Source: Octopus vulgaris (lineage: Eukaryota). From it: a stretch of 64,000 nt of DNA. Below the pieces are notes generated by a model. That model was not told where the DNA came from. It saw only the letters and a list, made by a program, of their open reading frames with translations, and did no database searches. A program made the position numbers and the translations under genes. This document shows positions 52,568 through 64,000 of this stretch, one piece after another. The stretch covers positions 79,856,001 to 79,920,000 of the forward strand of contig OX597814.1 in the NCBI GenBank assembly GCA_951406725.2. The letters run 5' to 3'. The number at the start of each line of letters is the position of its first letter. Position 1 is the stretch's first letter.

Positions 52568-54080
52568 TCCCTCTCCCCCCTCTCTGTTCCCTCGGTCTGA
52601 ATTTTCTATTTCACACAACTTCCTTTCCATTTTTTCTCTCTCTAACTTCCACAAGCGTTCTTTCTCTTTCCCTCTCTCTTTATCTGCTTCTTTCTTTTTA
52701 AGTATAAGTATTTTATTTACTCTCCCTCTAACTCCCACTTTCTCTTTTCCTCCTTTTTTTCTTAACTCCGCTTACTTCTGCAATTCTCCTTCGTTAGCAG
52801 CCTCTATTTCATGAGATAGTCTTTACTTTTTTCTACTTTATAAATACTCTCTCTATATATATAACTCACACTATATTCTAATCTCACTTAATCTCTCAGC
52901 AGTGACTATTTCGCCATTTTACTTTCTATCTCAATTCTTCTTCTCAAATAACCTCATATATATACCAATCTCCTTCCGGATTAAATTGAACTCCGTCCGT
53001 CTGACTGGCTTTCATATAATATCCGTTATTCGTTTAAAATATATAAGTGTGTGTGTGTGTGTGTGTGTGTTTGTGTGTGTGTGTTTGTGTGTGAGTGAGT
53101 GTGTGTGTGCTTGCGTGTGTGCGTGCGTGTGTATGTGCGTATGTGTTTGCGTGTGTGGGCGCGTGTGCTTGAGGGATAATTGTCTGTTTGACTGGAAACA
53201 GTGTTATCATTTCTCAATGGATGCTTTTTTTAAAAAATGCACACAAATACAATGTATTAAGTAAAATGAATTAAAAAATTTCAGGTCCTGGGTTGCACGC
53301 GAGTAAAACAACTAGGACTCAACAAAGGAAATCGTAAAGAACTGCTGGTTGTAAAGAAGTGGTAAACTCTCCTTTCTTCCTATGTGTCATATTAATTCTT
53401 TCTCTACTATGCATACAACACACACGAGAAATTATTTAATCACCATAAAGTAAAATTTTCCTATTCGACTACCAGAAATTTGGCTGATATTATGACAGCA
53501 CATAACAAAAGTAAAATTAGGAGAATATCGCAACCCAAAATTGATAAACACAAGTAGGATCGATGAGGTCGAGTGTGAGATAAAATTGAATGCTAATTTT
53601 CCTGACCTAGTTTTTTTATATTTTAGGTGAAAGTAATTCCAACAGAGAAATTGATAGTAACTTTAAGATAACATCTAGTAATAATATTGATCATAATACT
53701 GCTAATAATCTTGGTTTAAAACCTAATTCTGAAAGCAGAATTAGTACTAGATCCTTTAACCGTGAGTGGTACATACGGGTAAATAAACGTCTTTGTAATT
53801 CCAAAATCAAATTTAGGTGTCTTTCAGAAAATCAGTGTTTAGGGAAGAATATAGTGAATCAATATATGGTAATTGCAGTGAATCGTACACATAATTACAT
53901 AGTTTTCATCACTACAATTTGGAAAATTAGATTATATAACCATTCTTCTTCATTTAAGTTTAGGAAAAATGTAATTCTTCGAACCTGTGATTTGAAAGAC
54001 AAAAACATTAACTACGATATAAAATGGTCCATTATCACTTACTTACCATTGGGCTATACTGATTATTTTAAATGTTTATT

Positions 54081-54314
54081 AAGGCGGCGAGCTGGCAGAA
54101 ACGTTAGCACGCCGGGCGAAATGAGTAGCCGTATCTCGTCTGCCGTTATGTTCTGAGTTCAAATTCCGCCGAGGTCGACTTTGCCTTTCATCCTTTCGGG
54201 GTCGATAAATTAAGTACCAGTTACCCACTGGGGTCAATGTAATTGACTTCATACCTTTGTCTGTCCTTGTTTGTCCCCTCTATGTTTAGCTCCTTGTGGG
54301 TAATAAAGAAATAG
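54081..54314 (+). mobile_element. SINE family A (full length, TSD-like flanks)
   Basis: Complete copy. TTATTTTAAATGT occurs at 54063 and 54316. Confidence 0.92.
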
Positions 54315-56009
54315 GTTATTTTAAATGTCACCTTTGCCTAGAGGAAATGTATTATATAATCACTTTATTGTGGAAGCATGATCACTCTTGAACTTTAGCT
54401 TCCCACATTGTGGCTTTTTACTTTTAGCTCCCCATTTTGGTTCACGAGGTGACAGTCAGGTTCATTTAACTTTATTTAGATCGTCTGCACCTTAACGCGA
54501 TGGACCAATCTAGCGTCTGTACATCAACTATAAAATGGGAACATTTGGCCCGTTAAACTCAGGGAGGTGAGTTTTTCTACGACCGACTTTGGATCTTTGG
54601 TATGAGAAAGTTTGATTTTATTTTGTAGTGTTCAGCTTGAATATGATTCTAACCTTAATCCTTGACCCTATGCTTCGCTTCTAACTAGCATTTTAAAAAC
54701 AGAATTGTAACCAGAATCTTTGATGTTATATTTCATATTTTTCCAACCTTTTATATTCATGTTTATGTGCATTTAAATTTATGCAATGTATTGGCAGTTA
54801 TTAATGTCCAACCTGTTTTGCTGCATCTAATTTTAGCGATGGTAATAAATGTTTCAGTGCGGTCAACTGCAACTTGTCTTCAATTTGTTTATTGATATCC
54901 ATCCTGGCTTCATTTAACAGAAGGCATAATATCATTAGACCTTACTCCGCATTTCATACAACACCTCATCATTCACATGCTAAAACTTCAAAACTAAAAT
55001 TATCAAATTGTAGAACAAGTCTTACGCTGGAATGTTCTCATAAATACAGAAATAAAAATTAATATTTCAGTTGTAAATATCACGATTATAATTGCATTTC
55101 CTATAATCTAAGAAGCATAATTTTTCTAAAATATTTTAACTTGCCTAAATAGCTGGAGGATGAAATGCTACAATTTCTATATTTTTTTCGTTATCTATTG
55201 ACGTCATCATAAGTTTGAATGCTAAACAGGCTTTTCTAAGAATATTATATTGCTTCATAACGGTCATTTTGTGTGTTCATGTATTGTAGATATTTTAGTT
55301 TACTTTGTATTTAACCTGGTTTGGGTTCCCTTGACAACAATGTGTTCGCATAAATTTGAGAATATATTTGTTTGATTGTTATTTGGACCTTTTTTCTATG
55401 TCTAAATATGCTGTTACAATAGAATCGACCGTCGGTAATGTATGATGTAATTATTGAATAAAGATGTGATTTTTCTCTATTCTTCTTCATGTTGTTATAT
55501 TTTGTGTGTGTATAAACACACATGTACATATGGGTGCGTGTATACACACACAAACATGCATATATATATATATGCATACATATACACACACATTCGGAAA
55601 ATTTGTATGTGGTTTCAAACATACAGTAGATAGAAAATAAATTATTCCCTGTTGTTTTGCATTTTAATTTATATTTATAAAATAGTCAGGTCTCAAGTTC
55701 TATGAATTGGACTATTTTATTGTTATTCGATTATATTTCAGATTTGCAAAAAAAAAAACTATTAATCCTATTCAAAGTGTGTAATACATTAATATTTTAC
55801 AAGTATAAACAACTTCGAACATCATGTAACGAAAAGATATTTGTTTTATAACCGCTTACTAATTTTGGAAGATAAGATGTTTTAATGAAGAATATAATAA
55901 TGCAGCATCCCAATGTTCTCTATATATTTTGCGTGTAATATAATTGCCTATCGACGTTGACAGAACATATTACGTAAACGCAATTTGATATTATTAGTTA
56001 CAAATTTTT

Positions 56010-56220
56010 AGGCAGTGAACAGGTAGAATTGTAAACGCGTCGAACAAATTGCTGAGCGGTATTTCTTTTGATTCTTTACGTTATGAGATCTAATTAGGTC
56101 GAAAATTGTCCCATCATTCTTTCATGGTCGATAAAATAAGCAACAGCCGAGTACTGGGGTTGATGTTTATCGACTTGCCCCTTCTCCTCAAGACTGCTGG
56201 CCTTGTGCCCAAATTGGAAA
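56010..56220 (+). mobile_element. SINE family A, degenerate
   Basis: GGTCGATAAAATAAG...TACTGGGGTTGAT...TGCTGGCCTTGTGCC. Confidence 0.7.
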
Positions 56221-56555
56221 GAATTATTTACAAATTTAACAGTAAAACAATGATACAATATACTTTCTATTCACTGTAGTATTTTTGATGATGTAATATT
56301 TTGTTGTTTCATAACACGATTTCGGTCCAGTACTTCAAATCTATTGCTTGTTAAATTTGTACAACATACTGCAAAGCTCACCCGAGGAGATGTCTCTTGG
56401 GAGATAATGGAACATTACATTGGAAGATCCTACCCGCATTCTCCAAGTAAAGTGAAGAGTCATTTTGCTAAAATATGCTGTGCTTGTACAGCATCCAGTT
56501 CTTCTCAAGTTTGGAATAATCACCAGGACAGCATGACAAGCACAAGAGTAATATA

Positions 56556-56683
56556 GGCGTGGCTGCGTGGTAAGAAGTTTGCACTTTAACAACAAACTTC
56601 TGGAGTCAGTCTCAGTAAGTAGAACCTTATGCCGACCAAAGCATTGTGAGTGGATTTGGTAGACGGAAATTGAAGGAAGCCCG

Positions 56684-56734
<51 letters not shown>

Positions 56735-56916
56735 TGTGTGTTTGTGTGTGTATGTGTGTTTGTGTGTGTGTGTGTGTGTGTATTTGTGTTTATGTTTGGC
56801 CACACCACCACTTAGAGTAAGTACAAGGCTTAAAAACATGAGTAGTACGTCCGACTAAAATTGAACAAGGCAGTGTCCCAGCATGGTCACAGTGTAATAA
56901 CTGAAACAAGTAAAAA
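56556..56916 (+). mobile_element. SINE family B, internally deleted
   Basis: GTGAGTGGATTTGGTAGACGGAAA...CCAGCATGG...CTGAAACAAGTAAAA. Confidence 0.8.
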
Positions 56917-57189
56917 GAAAGAAAGAAAGAAAGAAAGCAAGAAAAAAAGAAAGGAAATATAATTTATCTTCGTCATGTACAACCACACATCGATCGACAT
57001 TATAGAGATTATGGCCGACAAATAATTTGAGCAGTGTTGAGTGCCAGCTGCATTACGAACAGCAGCCGAAATTTGAATCAGAAGATTCTTTAGGCAACCA
57101 GTTATGACATATGGAACAATATATCCACCAGAAGAAATTAATCTTCATCCCAGATTTTAAAAAAAGTATTAGTCAAGGATCACAAACTA

Positions 57190-57985
57190 TTTCTAACATT
57201 TGGCGTGGGAGGAACAAATTTCCTTGATGCTTCTGATGGAATAGGCAAAGCATTTTTAATAATCATAATTTTGACAAGCAGTTCATTGCGGACACTGCTG
57301 AGGCAGCTTCACCTGTGAAACAGGTTGGAGATGCAGAGCCGGTGCTAGGAAGTGCGTGGCCCAATTAGAGAATTGTCATTGGGGGCCTGTACTCTGCAAA
57401 AGCTGAAAATCGATGTTTTATGCTTCGTGTAGTACGCCAGTCCCAGCCAAAAAGCGTTGAGGCCTTGAGGTTCCACACTGAGGCTTTGTGGCTCACATTG
57501 ATATACTAAAAATTTATCATAGCGTCCTTCGCTGGAGCGTGAGCGCGGGGCCCTCCTTTGGCGCAGGGCTAAGTTTGAACAAATCTGTCTAATTGGCTTA
57601 AAACGGGCCTTTGGTAGATGCTCACAGATGGTAGGACTGCTCGTTGCGTATTTAAGCTTCCACTCAACCTTGCGTACAATGACATTCCTACGTGGGATAT
57701 TGGCAAAGAAGCTATCGATCCGTTCCTATAAAGGTGTCCAAGTTCTTAGAATGGGATGAATTTACTATGTCTCTAAGACTTGCATTTGATCGTATTATAC
57801 AAGATCTCCGGAGGTGACACTAACATCACGGGAGCAAAGTACAGTTTTGTTCTCTGGTGATTTTAAACAAACTCTACCAGTCATTCCAATGGATACATTT
57901 ACTGTTGAGCCGGAAGCATGTGCTACAGAAGTCTATATTTAGAAACGAGAGAGAAAATGCCATCTTTTCACCAACATGAGAACAA
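57190..57985 (+). pseudogene. Helitron RepHel PIF1-like helicase remnant
   Basis: GGTNFLDASDGIGKAFL (Walker A, 57208), DGRTARCVFKLPLNL, WDEFTM..DRIIQDLR (Walker B), VLFSGDFKQTLPVIP (57841) and HLFTNMR (57961), with frameshifts. Confidence 0.85.
57334..57612. mobile_element. hAT-like MITE inserted in helicase remnant
   Basis: CAGAGCCGG...CGGGCC ends, internal GGGGCCC motifs and an approximate TSD TGGAGATG / GGTAGATG. It splits the helicase motifs. Confidence 0.6.
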
Positions 57986-58658
57986 CAGTTGACTTCAACA
58001 GAGGTCACAGTAATTTGCCAGTTGAAACCGAGAGTGAGGAAATCAAAACATTAAAATATAGTGAAATATTCATCAACGCAACTCAAGTTTATTGTAGCCT
58101 CTCACGGTCATACTGAAACTATAGATGGCTGGCTGAACTTCTGAGCTCTTTCTCATTAAAAAAACAATGAAGTTTAGGCTAGTCTAGCATCAGTGTCAAG
58201 CGAGTAAGACTGCGTGGCACATATTTGCCAGGCCCCAATGTAAGAGTTTAAATAGTCTTGTTCTTGTAGTCTGAGTATTCGTCACATTTGTTACAATGAA
58301 ATACTTGCTCTTCTATAGATTCAGGTGCGCGCAATGCACGCAAGAAGTAGTACAAGCAGGAACAGTTATAACACTCTGCATGGATGCGTTCCTTGTTGAG
58401 GTGTCGCACGTATGAATTTGTCTTTATTAGTCATCAAAGGCTGAACTGATGTAACTTCATTCTTTTCTTTTTCCTTTATTTCTCTTTTTCTTCTTCCAAT
58501 ATTTATTTGCTTAATTATGTATTTATTGACACATGCTAGAGCATAGTTAGTTTTAACAGACGACATACTCGATCAATATAAACGAAACGAAGAAGTGTGT
58601 TATTTAATGGGTATACACACGCGCGCGGATGCAACACAAACACACACAAACACGCACA

Positions 58659-58723
<65 letters not shown>

Positions 58724-59700
58724 TCGGCTCCAACCAGCTGAAAGTAGTTGCCAAAACTCTCACAAATCACACACTTATATAAAATTATTGTTTAAAAACA
58801 ATTTTAAAGGCTACATTAAACTGTATAGTAAATGATACACAAACAACGCTAATTGCACGACTAAAACATATTTCGTCATAGTTTCCCCATGTCCGATCTG
58901 GAACTGTACAACAATATCAAATTTTATTTCGAGCTAACAAAGTAAGACCTCCGCACAGACACGCGACCTGCTTGATATAGCAGTCAAATTTCCCTCAAAA
59001 CACACTCACTTCTAGCTATCTCATAACTTCTGCTCTGTCACTTTCTATATTGTTTCTTTGTCTAATATATTTAGCAATTCTTTCTTCTCTTCCATTCGTC
59101 TATTCAGAACACAAATGCTGATGCAATTAATACCATAAAAGCATCCCAAGAATTATGAGTCCGTACTTCGCCACGACAGGCATTGCATTACGTCCAAGAC
59201 CAAGAAACATATCTTACAATGGCTAGAAACGAGAGAGTAAATGCCATCCTTTCACCAACATGAAAATGTTTGTGCTATAAGATGCGAGAAATGGCAATCA
59301 AATTTCCCTTAAATTACAGCCCAATAAATAAGGACGGAAATATTTCATATATCCCTTGGTAAATACATTACGTCGAAACAAACACTTGAATGGTCACGGA
59401 TAGAACACCGCTCAATATATGCCGGGGCTGATCCGTGGCTAAACAACAAGATGGAATTCTTTCTTTTGTTTCTTCTTACTTGCTTTTTATCTCCCCACCT
59501 CTCTTTGTGACTCAAATATATAAATTCACTTTAAATTATGTTTCTACATTTCCCTCTCATCAAAGAATCTGAACTGAAATGTATAAAGTGTTTAAAGCTA
59601 GTGAAGGCGAAAGAAACACCTTCAACGCGAAGGTGAAAAGGTGTATTCAGCACTCAACACATAACTTATATAAATGTGCACGCACACACACACACAAACA

Positions 59701-59773
<73 letters not shown>

Positions 59774-59900
59774 GCACGCACTGACGCATTTACGTACAAA
59801 CACATACATACATATTTATGCATATACATACACACGTGTGCACACGTATGTATATATAGGTATATAAGTTTGCCTATATCAACCTATATGTATAAATGTG

Positions 59901-59933
<33 letters not shown>

Positions 59934-60549
59934 GCATACATGTATATGCGCATGTATGCATTCATGTATGTATGTGTATGTATGTATGTATGTATGTAAG
60001 TATGTATGTATGTATGTATGTATGTATGTGAGTTTGTATGCATATGTAGATAGCGCCTCGTGACCTGCATTTTTTCAAATCCATTACGTACGTAGCAATA
60101 AAAACGAAACAGGAAATAGACACGCTGAAGTTTATTTGTAGCTAAAATCACTCTCCTTCATTTTCAACACTGTCATGTTGGACGACATTTTGTAAGTCTG
60201 AGAGTAAACGGGAAATATAACATTTAAGCATAGCGACAAACCTAAGTTGAAATTAAAACAAGAAAACGTATAGCCTTTAGTATACATTGAGACTACTGAC
60301 TATAGTGTTGTGTGGGATAATGTTTGGTGGTGCAACTACTGTTGTTGGTGATGCCTGGCATCACTAAATAGCCTATTCTTTCGGTAGAAAAGAAAGGATG
60401 TTATTTACCGCGGTGATGGTAGTTAAAACGTAGAATGACGGATAAATAGCTTTCAATGGTTAGTTTTAGTTAAGTCCCATTGCAAAGATGTTTCAAATCC
60501 CATCCCGATCGGCTTTGGTTCTCATTATTGCAGGGTCAATAAAATATGG

Positions 60550-60766
60550 TTTCGGATTTCGGCACAAGGCCAGCAGTTGTGAGGGGAGAAGATTAGTTAA
60601 TGGTATCAATCTCAGTACTTGACAGATACTAATGTTTTATTGCACGGGGAGTGATTAAACGAAAAGTCTAGCTCGGCGAGGTGTGAACTCAAAACATAAA
60701 GAGTCGAGAGAAATATCGTAAATATTTTTTTCTCATACTCTAACGATTCTGCCAGTTCGCTGCCTT
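60550..60766 (-). mobile_element. SINE family A, diverged
   Basis: GGCACAAGGCCAGCA...TAACGATTCTGCCAGTTCGCTGCCTT. Confidence 0.75.
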
Positions 60767-63012
60767 TAAATGGTTTCTGATTTAGGAACAACACTGAGGT
60801 GCATTTCAAAACGATTCGGCTGGATTTTAGGCATGCTTTTGGCGAAGTCGTTACTTTAGATACTCGGTACTGGGTGTTCAAATCCCTTAAAGGTTAAATT
60901 TGACTAGTTACAAGGATGTAAACAAATGAACACTGGTGGTAAATCGAACAAAATGCAAGAGCTAAGACGCACAAACACATACACACAAGTTTGTATGTAT
61001 ATACATGCATACACATGTACACACCCATTTTTACGTTTAAGGGATTGATAGAAAAAGAGGTAGAATGTAACTGGAATTAAGAACTAAGTTCAAAAAAAGG
61101 AATTTAACAATACTCTGTAAAATCCATCTACCATTAATGCTCTCGAGAGAAGTATAAACGTCACACATCATATATTCTTCATGTCTGCTGTAAAAGAAGC
61201 CATTATATAACAAATGTAATAAAATAAAACAATAAAATAAAACATTTTAGTATTTATTTTTACAGTTGATACTGATCAGTTTATACATCCTAGTTATTGT
61301 GTGCTTCTTTTTTTTGTGCGTGTGTGTGTGTTTTAATTTTTTTTTTTTTTTCTGAAAATTTCAGATCCAAAGTTCTCTCATTTTGTGCTGTAGTTCCTGT
61401 TTCACATTAAATTTTATTATTTCAGTCTAAATAATTTCAAAGAGTAATAAAATCAATAATTCTCAACATATCAGAAAATTAGGTATAAATATAATAAAGA
61501 CGGAAAAATTTCGTCGATTTTTACGCAGACATTTTGTAAGAGAAGTAAATATTGGAGACTAGCCTCACTTGCAAACACTATAAATCCTCCCGGCACTTTT
61601 AGTGTTCTAATTTCACTAAGAGTTTGCATAATCCATTAAATATAGTTATTTCGTAATTAATCCTTCGTCGTCGGCGACACCAGTTGCAGTGTTGTCAGTG
61701 TTTTTGTTGTTTCGCTCCAGATTAGCCCTGTCTAAATACGTCTATTGATTAAGTTAGTTCAAATCATGATCAATCGTCATCTTTTTTTTTTCTCAATCGG
61801 GTAGTGTATTTGGGATTACATTATGGACTGTGTCCTCTTCTTTGAAGGCAATAGAGTATTATTTCGAAGGATATTCAACTGCTGCTTCTATACATTCGTA
61901 CAGCTGCTTATGTGGGCCTCTCATTCGTTATTGCTGGAAATGGTTGAGAACGTCATACGTTGGACAAATGCTTGACACAGCAGATCCTTGCCTGTTAAAA
62001 TCCCGCCAGGCTCATCGTTGCGTTTCACCTCTTTCAAGTTGATGGACTAACTAAACACAGAATGTTATTAGAACAGTTCACTTGTCTATAACACTTCCTC
62101 TTTTAAAAAACTGTTATTCAACTTAGTCAAAAGAAATCAATATTTAATTACAAACTCTTTTTAAATCGATAGTTTTAATTTTTTTAAGTATTGACATCCA
62201 GCATATCCTGTCACTAAACAAACAAAACAGGCTTTTTTACCTCATTTAGCCAAATGATATTTTTGAAGTGTTTTATTTTATTAAATGTTTTATCATAATG
62301 TCTGGAGTTGCTCGTTTATAATTTTAATCATATCAAATTATGTAAATACATTAAACACAATTTTACTGTTTTTATATATATTTTGGCTATTTCTGGAAAA
62401 AATATTAAAACAATAGCAAATGTAGTTATCCGCAGAATTGTTTATATTTTTACTTTAATTTCTATAACCGTTATTTTATTTCAGCTGAAGGTCAACAATA
62501 TTTTGTAACTTTGCTCTTCCTATTTTATTCCATATTAATCTAAACACGAACCGGTCCAGCGGATCGTAAAATAGTTACGCTTGCATTCCAGCATCTAATG
62601 AAAACATCTCTGTTTTAGCTGTGTAAACAATTTACGTAATTATGGTTGAAATTCTTTGAAGCTCTGAAAGGTTTCTTTAAAATATTTGAAATTTTAAATC
62701 TTTGTTTCAGGTTTTTTTTCTTTGATTTAAACGTTACAACGGTGAATAATTAAATTACCACGAAAAATAATAGTAAATATTATATAAATAAAATACGAAC
62801 GCTTTTCTACACGACCAAAACCATATATATATGAGAGAGAGGGGGGATAAAGAGATAGATAAATAAATAGATTATTCTTACATGCACATATATATTTATA
62901 TGCATGTGATCGTTGTATCTTTGTGTATGTATGTATGTATGTATGTATGTATGTATGTATGTATGTATGTATATATTGGGGCGGGGCTGTCTTCATATTC
63001 TATATTTACGTT

Positions 63013-63232
63013 TAAGGTGGTGAGTTGGCAGAGTCGTTAGCGCCTCGGACAAAATGCTTAGCGGCATTTCGTCCGGTTCTTTTCGTCCTGATTTCAAATT
63101 CTGTCGAGTTCGACTTTGCTTTTCATCTGTCTCAGGTCGATAAAAAAATAAGTAGCAGTTAAACGCTAGGGTAGATATAATCGACTAATCCCCTTCCACT
63201 AAAATTACTGGCCTTGTACCAAAATTTGAAAC
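63013..63232 (+). mobile_element. SINE family A
   Basis: AAGGTGGTGAGTTGGCAGAGTCGTTAGC...CCAAAATTTGAAAC. Confidence 0.85.
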
Positions 63233-63654
63233 AATCATAACATTTACTTAGTACGAGGCGAACACTTAACAGCCGAGCTGTGTATTTTGTTGCATCAACT
63301 CACAATATATTACTGGTATAATCCCATAAAACATATTCACATATAGGAGATGCAAAAGTGAACCTAACACAGGCATAACTGAAGATCGAAACCAGCATTA
63401 ATTTTCTTTGTGTTTTATCACTAGCTAAAGCGTGTTTCTCACAATGCTGAGTTCAGATTCTCCCTGCGAAACAACCAGAGAGCACTCATTTTCCAACGAT
63501 TTACTAGAAACATTAAAACTACACTTCTACTACAATACAAATCGAAATACACTTTCGAATACTTAGTCTAAGATGAATTGTAGATGTCTGAGAAAAAGAA
63601 AAACCAGACGGACCTATCATGGTTGTGTATGTATGCATGTAAGCATGAATGGGT

Positions 63655-63721
<67 letters not shown>

Positions 63722-63747
63722 TATATTGGGGCGGGGCTGTCTTCATA

Positions 63748-63794
<47 letters not shown>

Positions 63795-63808
63795 AGAGAG
63801 AGAGAGAA

Positions 63809-63849
<41 letters not shown>

Positions 63850-64000
63850 CATCAAGATATCAAGTAGTAAAACAGTACGACTGTTTCAAGCGGATCTATT
63901 TAATTGAACAATGCAATCATTACATCAATCTAAATACAGCGCTATCTTCAGTTGCACAAAAGAATATATGGAACTTCAACAGATAGGATACATTAGTATA

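Noticed and set aside
56341-56556. Non-repetitive ORFs on both strands
   Set aside because: No recognisable motif or splice context.

Overview
AT-rich, microsatellite-saturated eukaryotic non-coding DNA. The repeat families resemble those of Octopus or another coleoid cephalopod (inference). No intact host protein-coding gene is supported, and almost all listed ORFs are translations of simple repeats. The window holds many copies of at least three tRNA-derived SINE families; a 5'-truncated Penelope-like retroelement (GIY-YIG ORF) with several solo copies of its 3' terminal repeat; mariner and maT remnants; hAT-type MITEs; a complete non-autonomous Helitron, other Helitron ends and a decayed PIF1-like helicase; an RTE-like LINE 3' end; and a decayed intronless alpha-SNAP retrocopy. 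The most notable pattern is a set of minimal type-I hammerhead-ribozyme-like folds from at least five unrelated families. Most have a palindromic stem III and several have variant cores. They sit in short elements that abut (TA)n tracts and often carry inverted 5' segments, which suggests microsatellite-anchored, Penelope-derived ribozyme retroelements. All coordinates and folds were read by eye and need computational confirmation.
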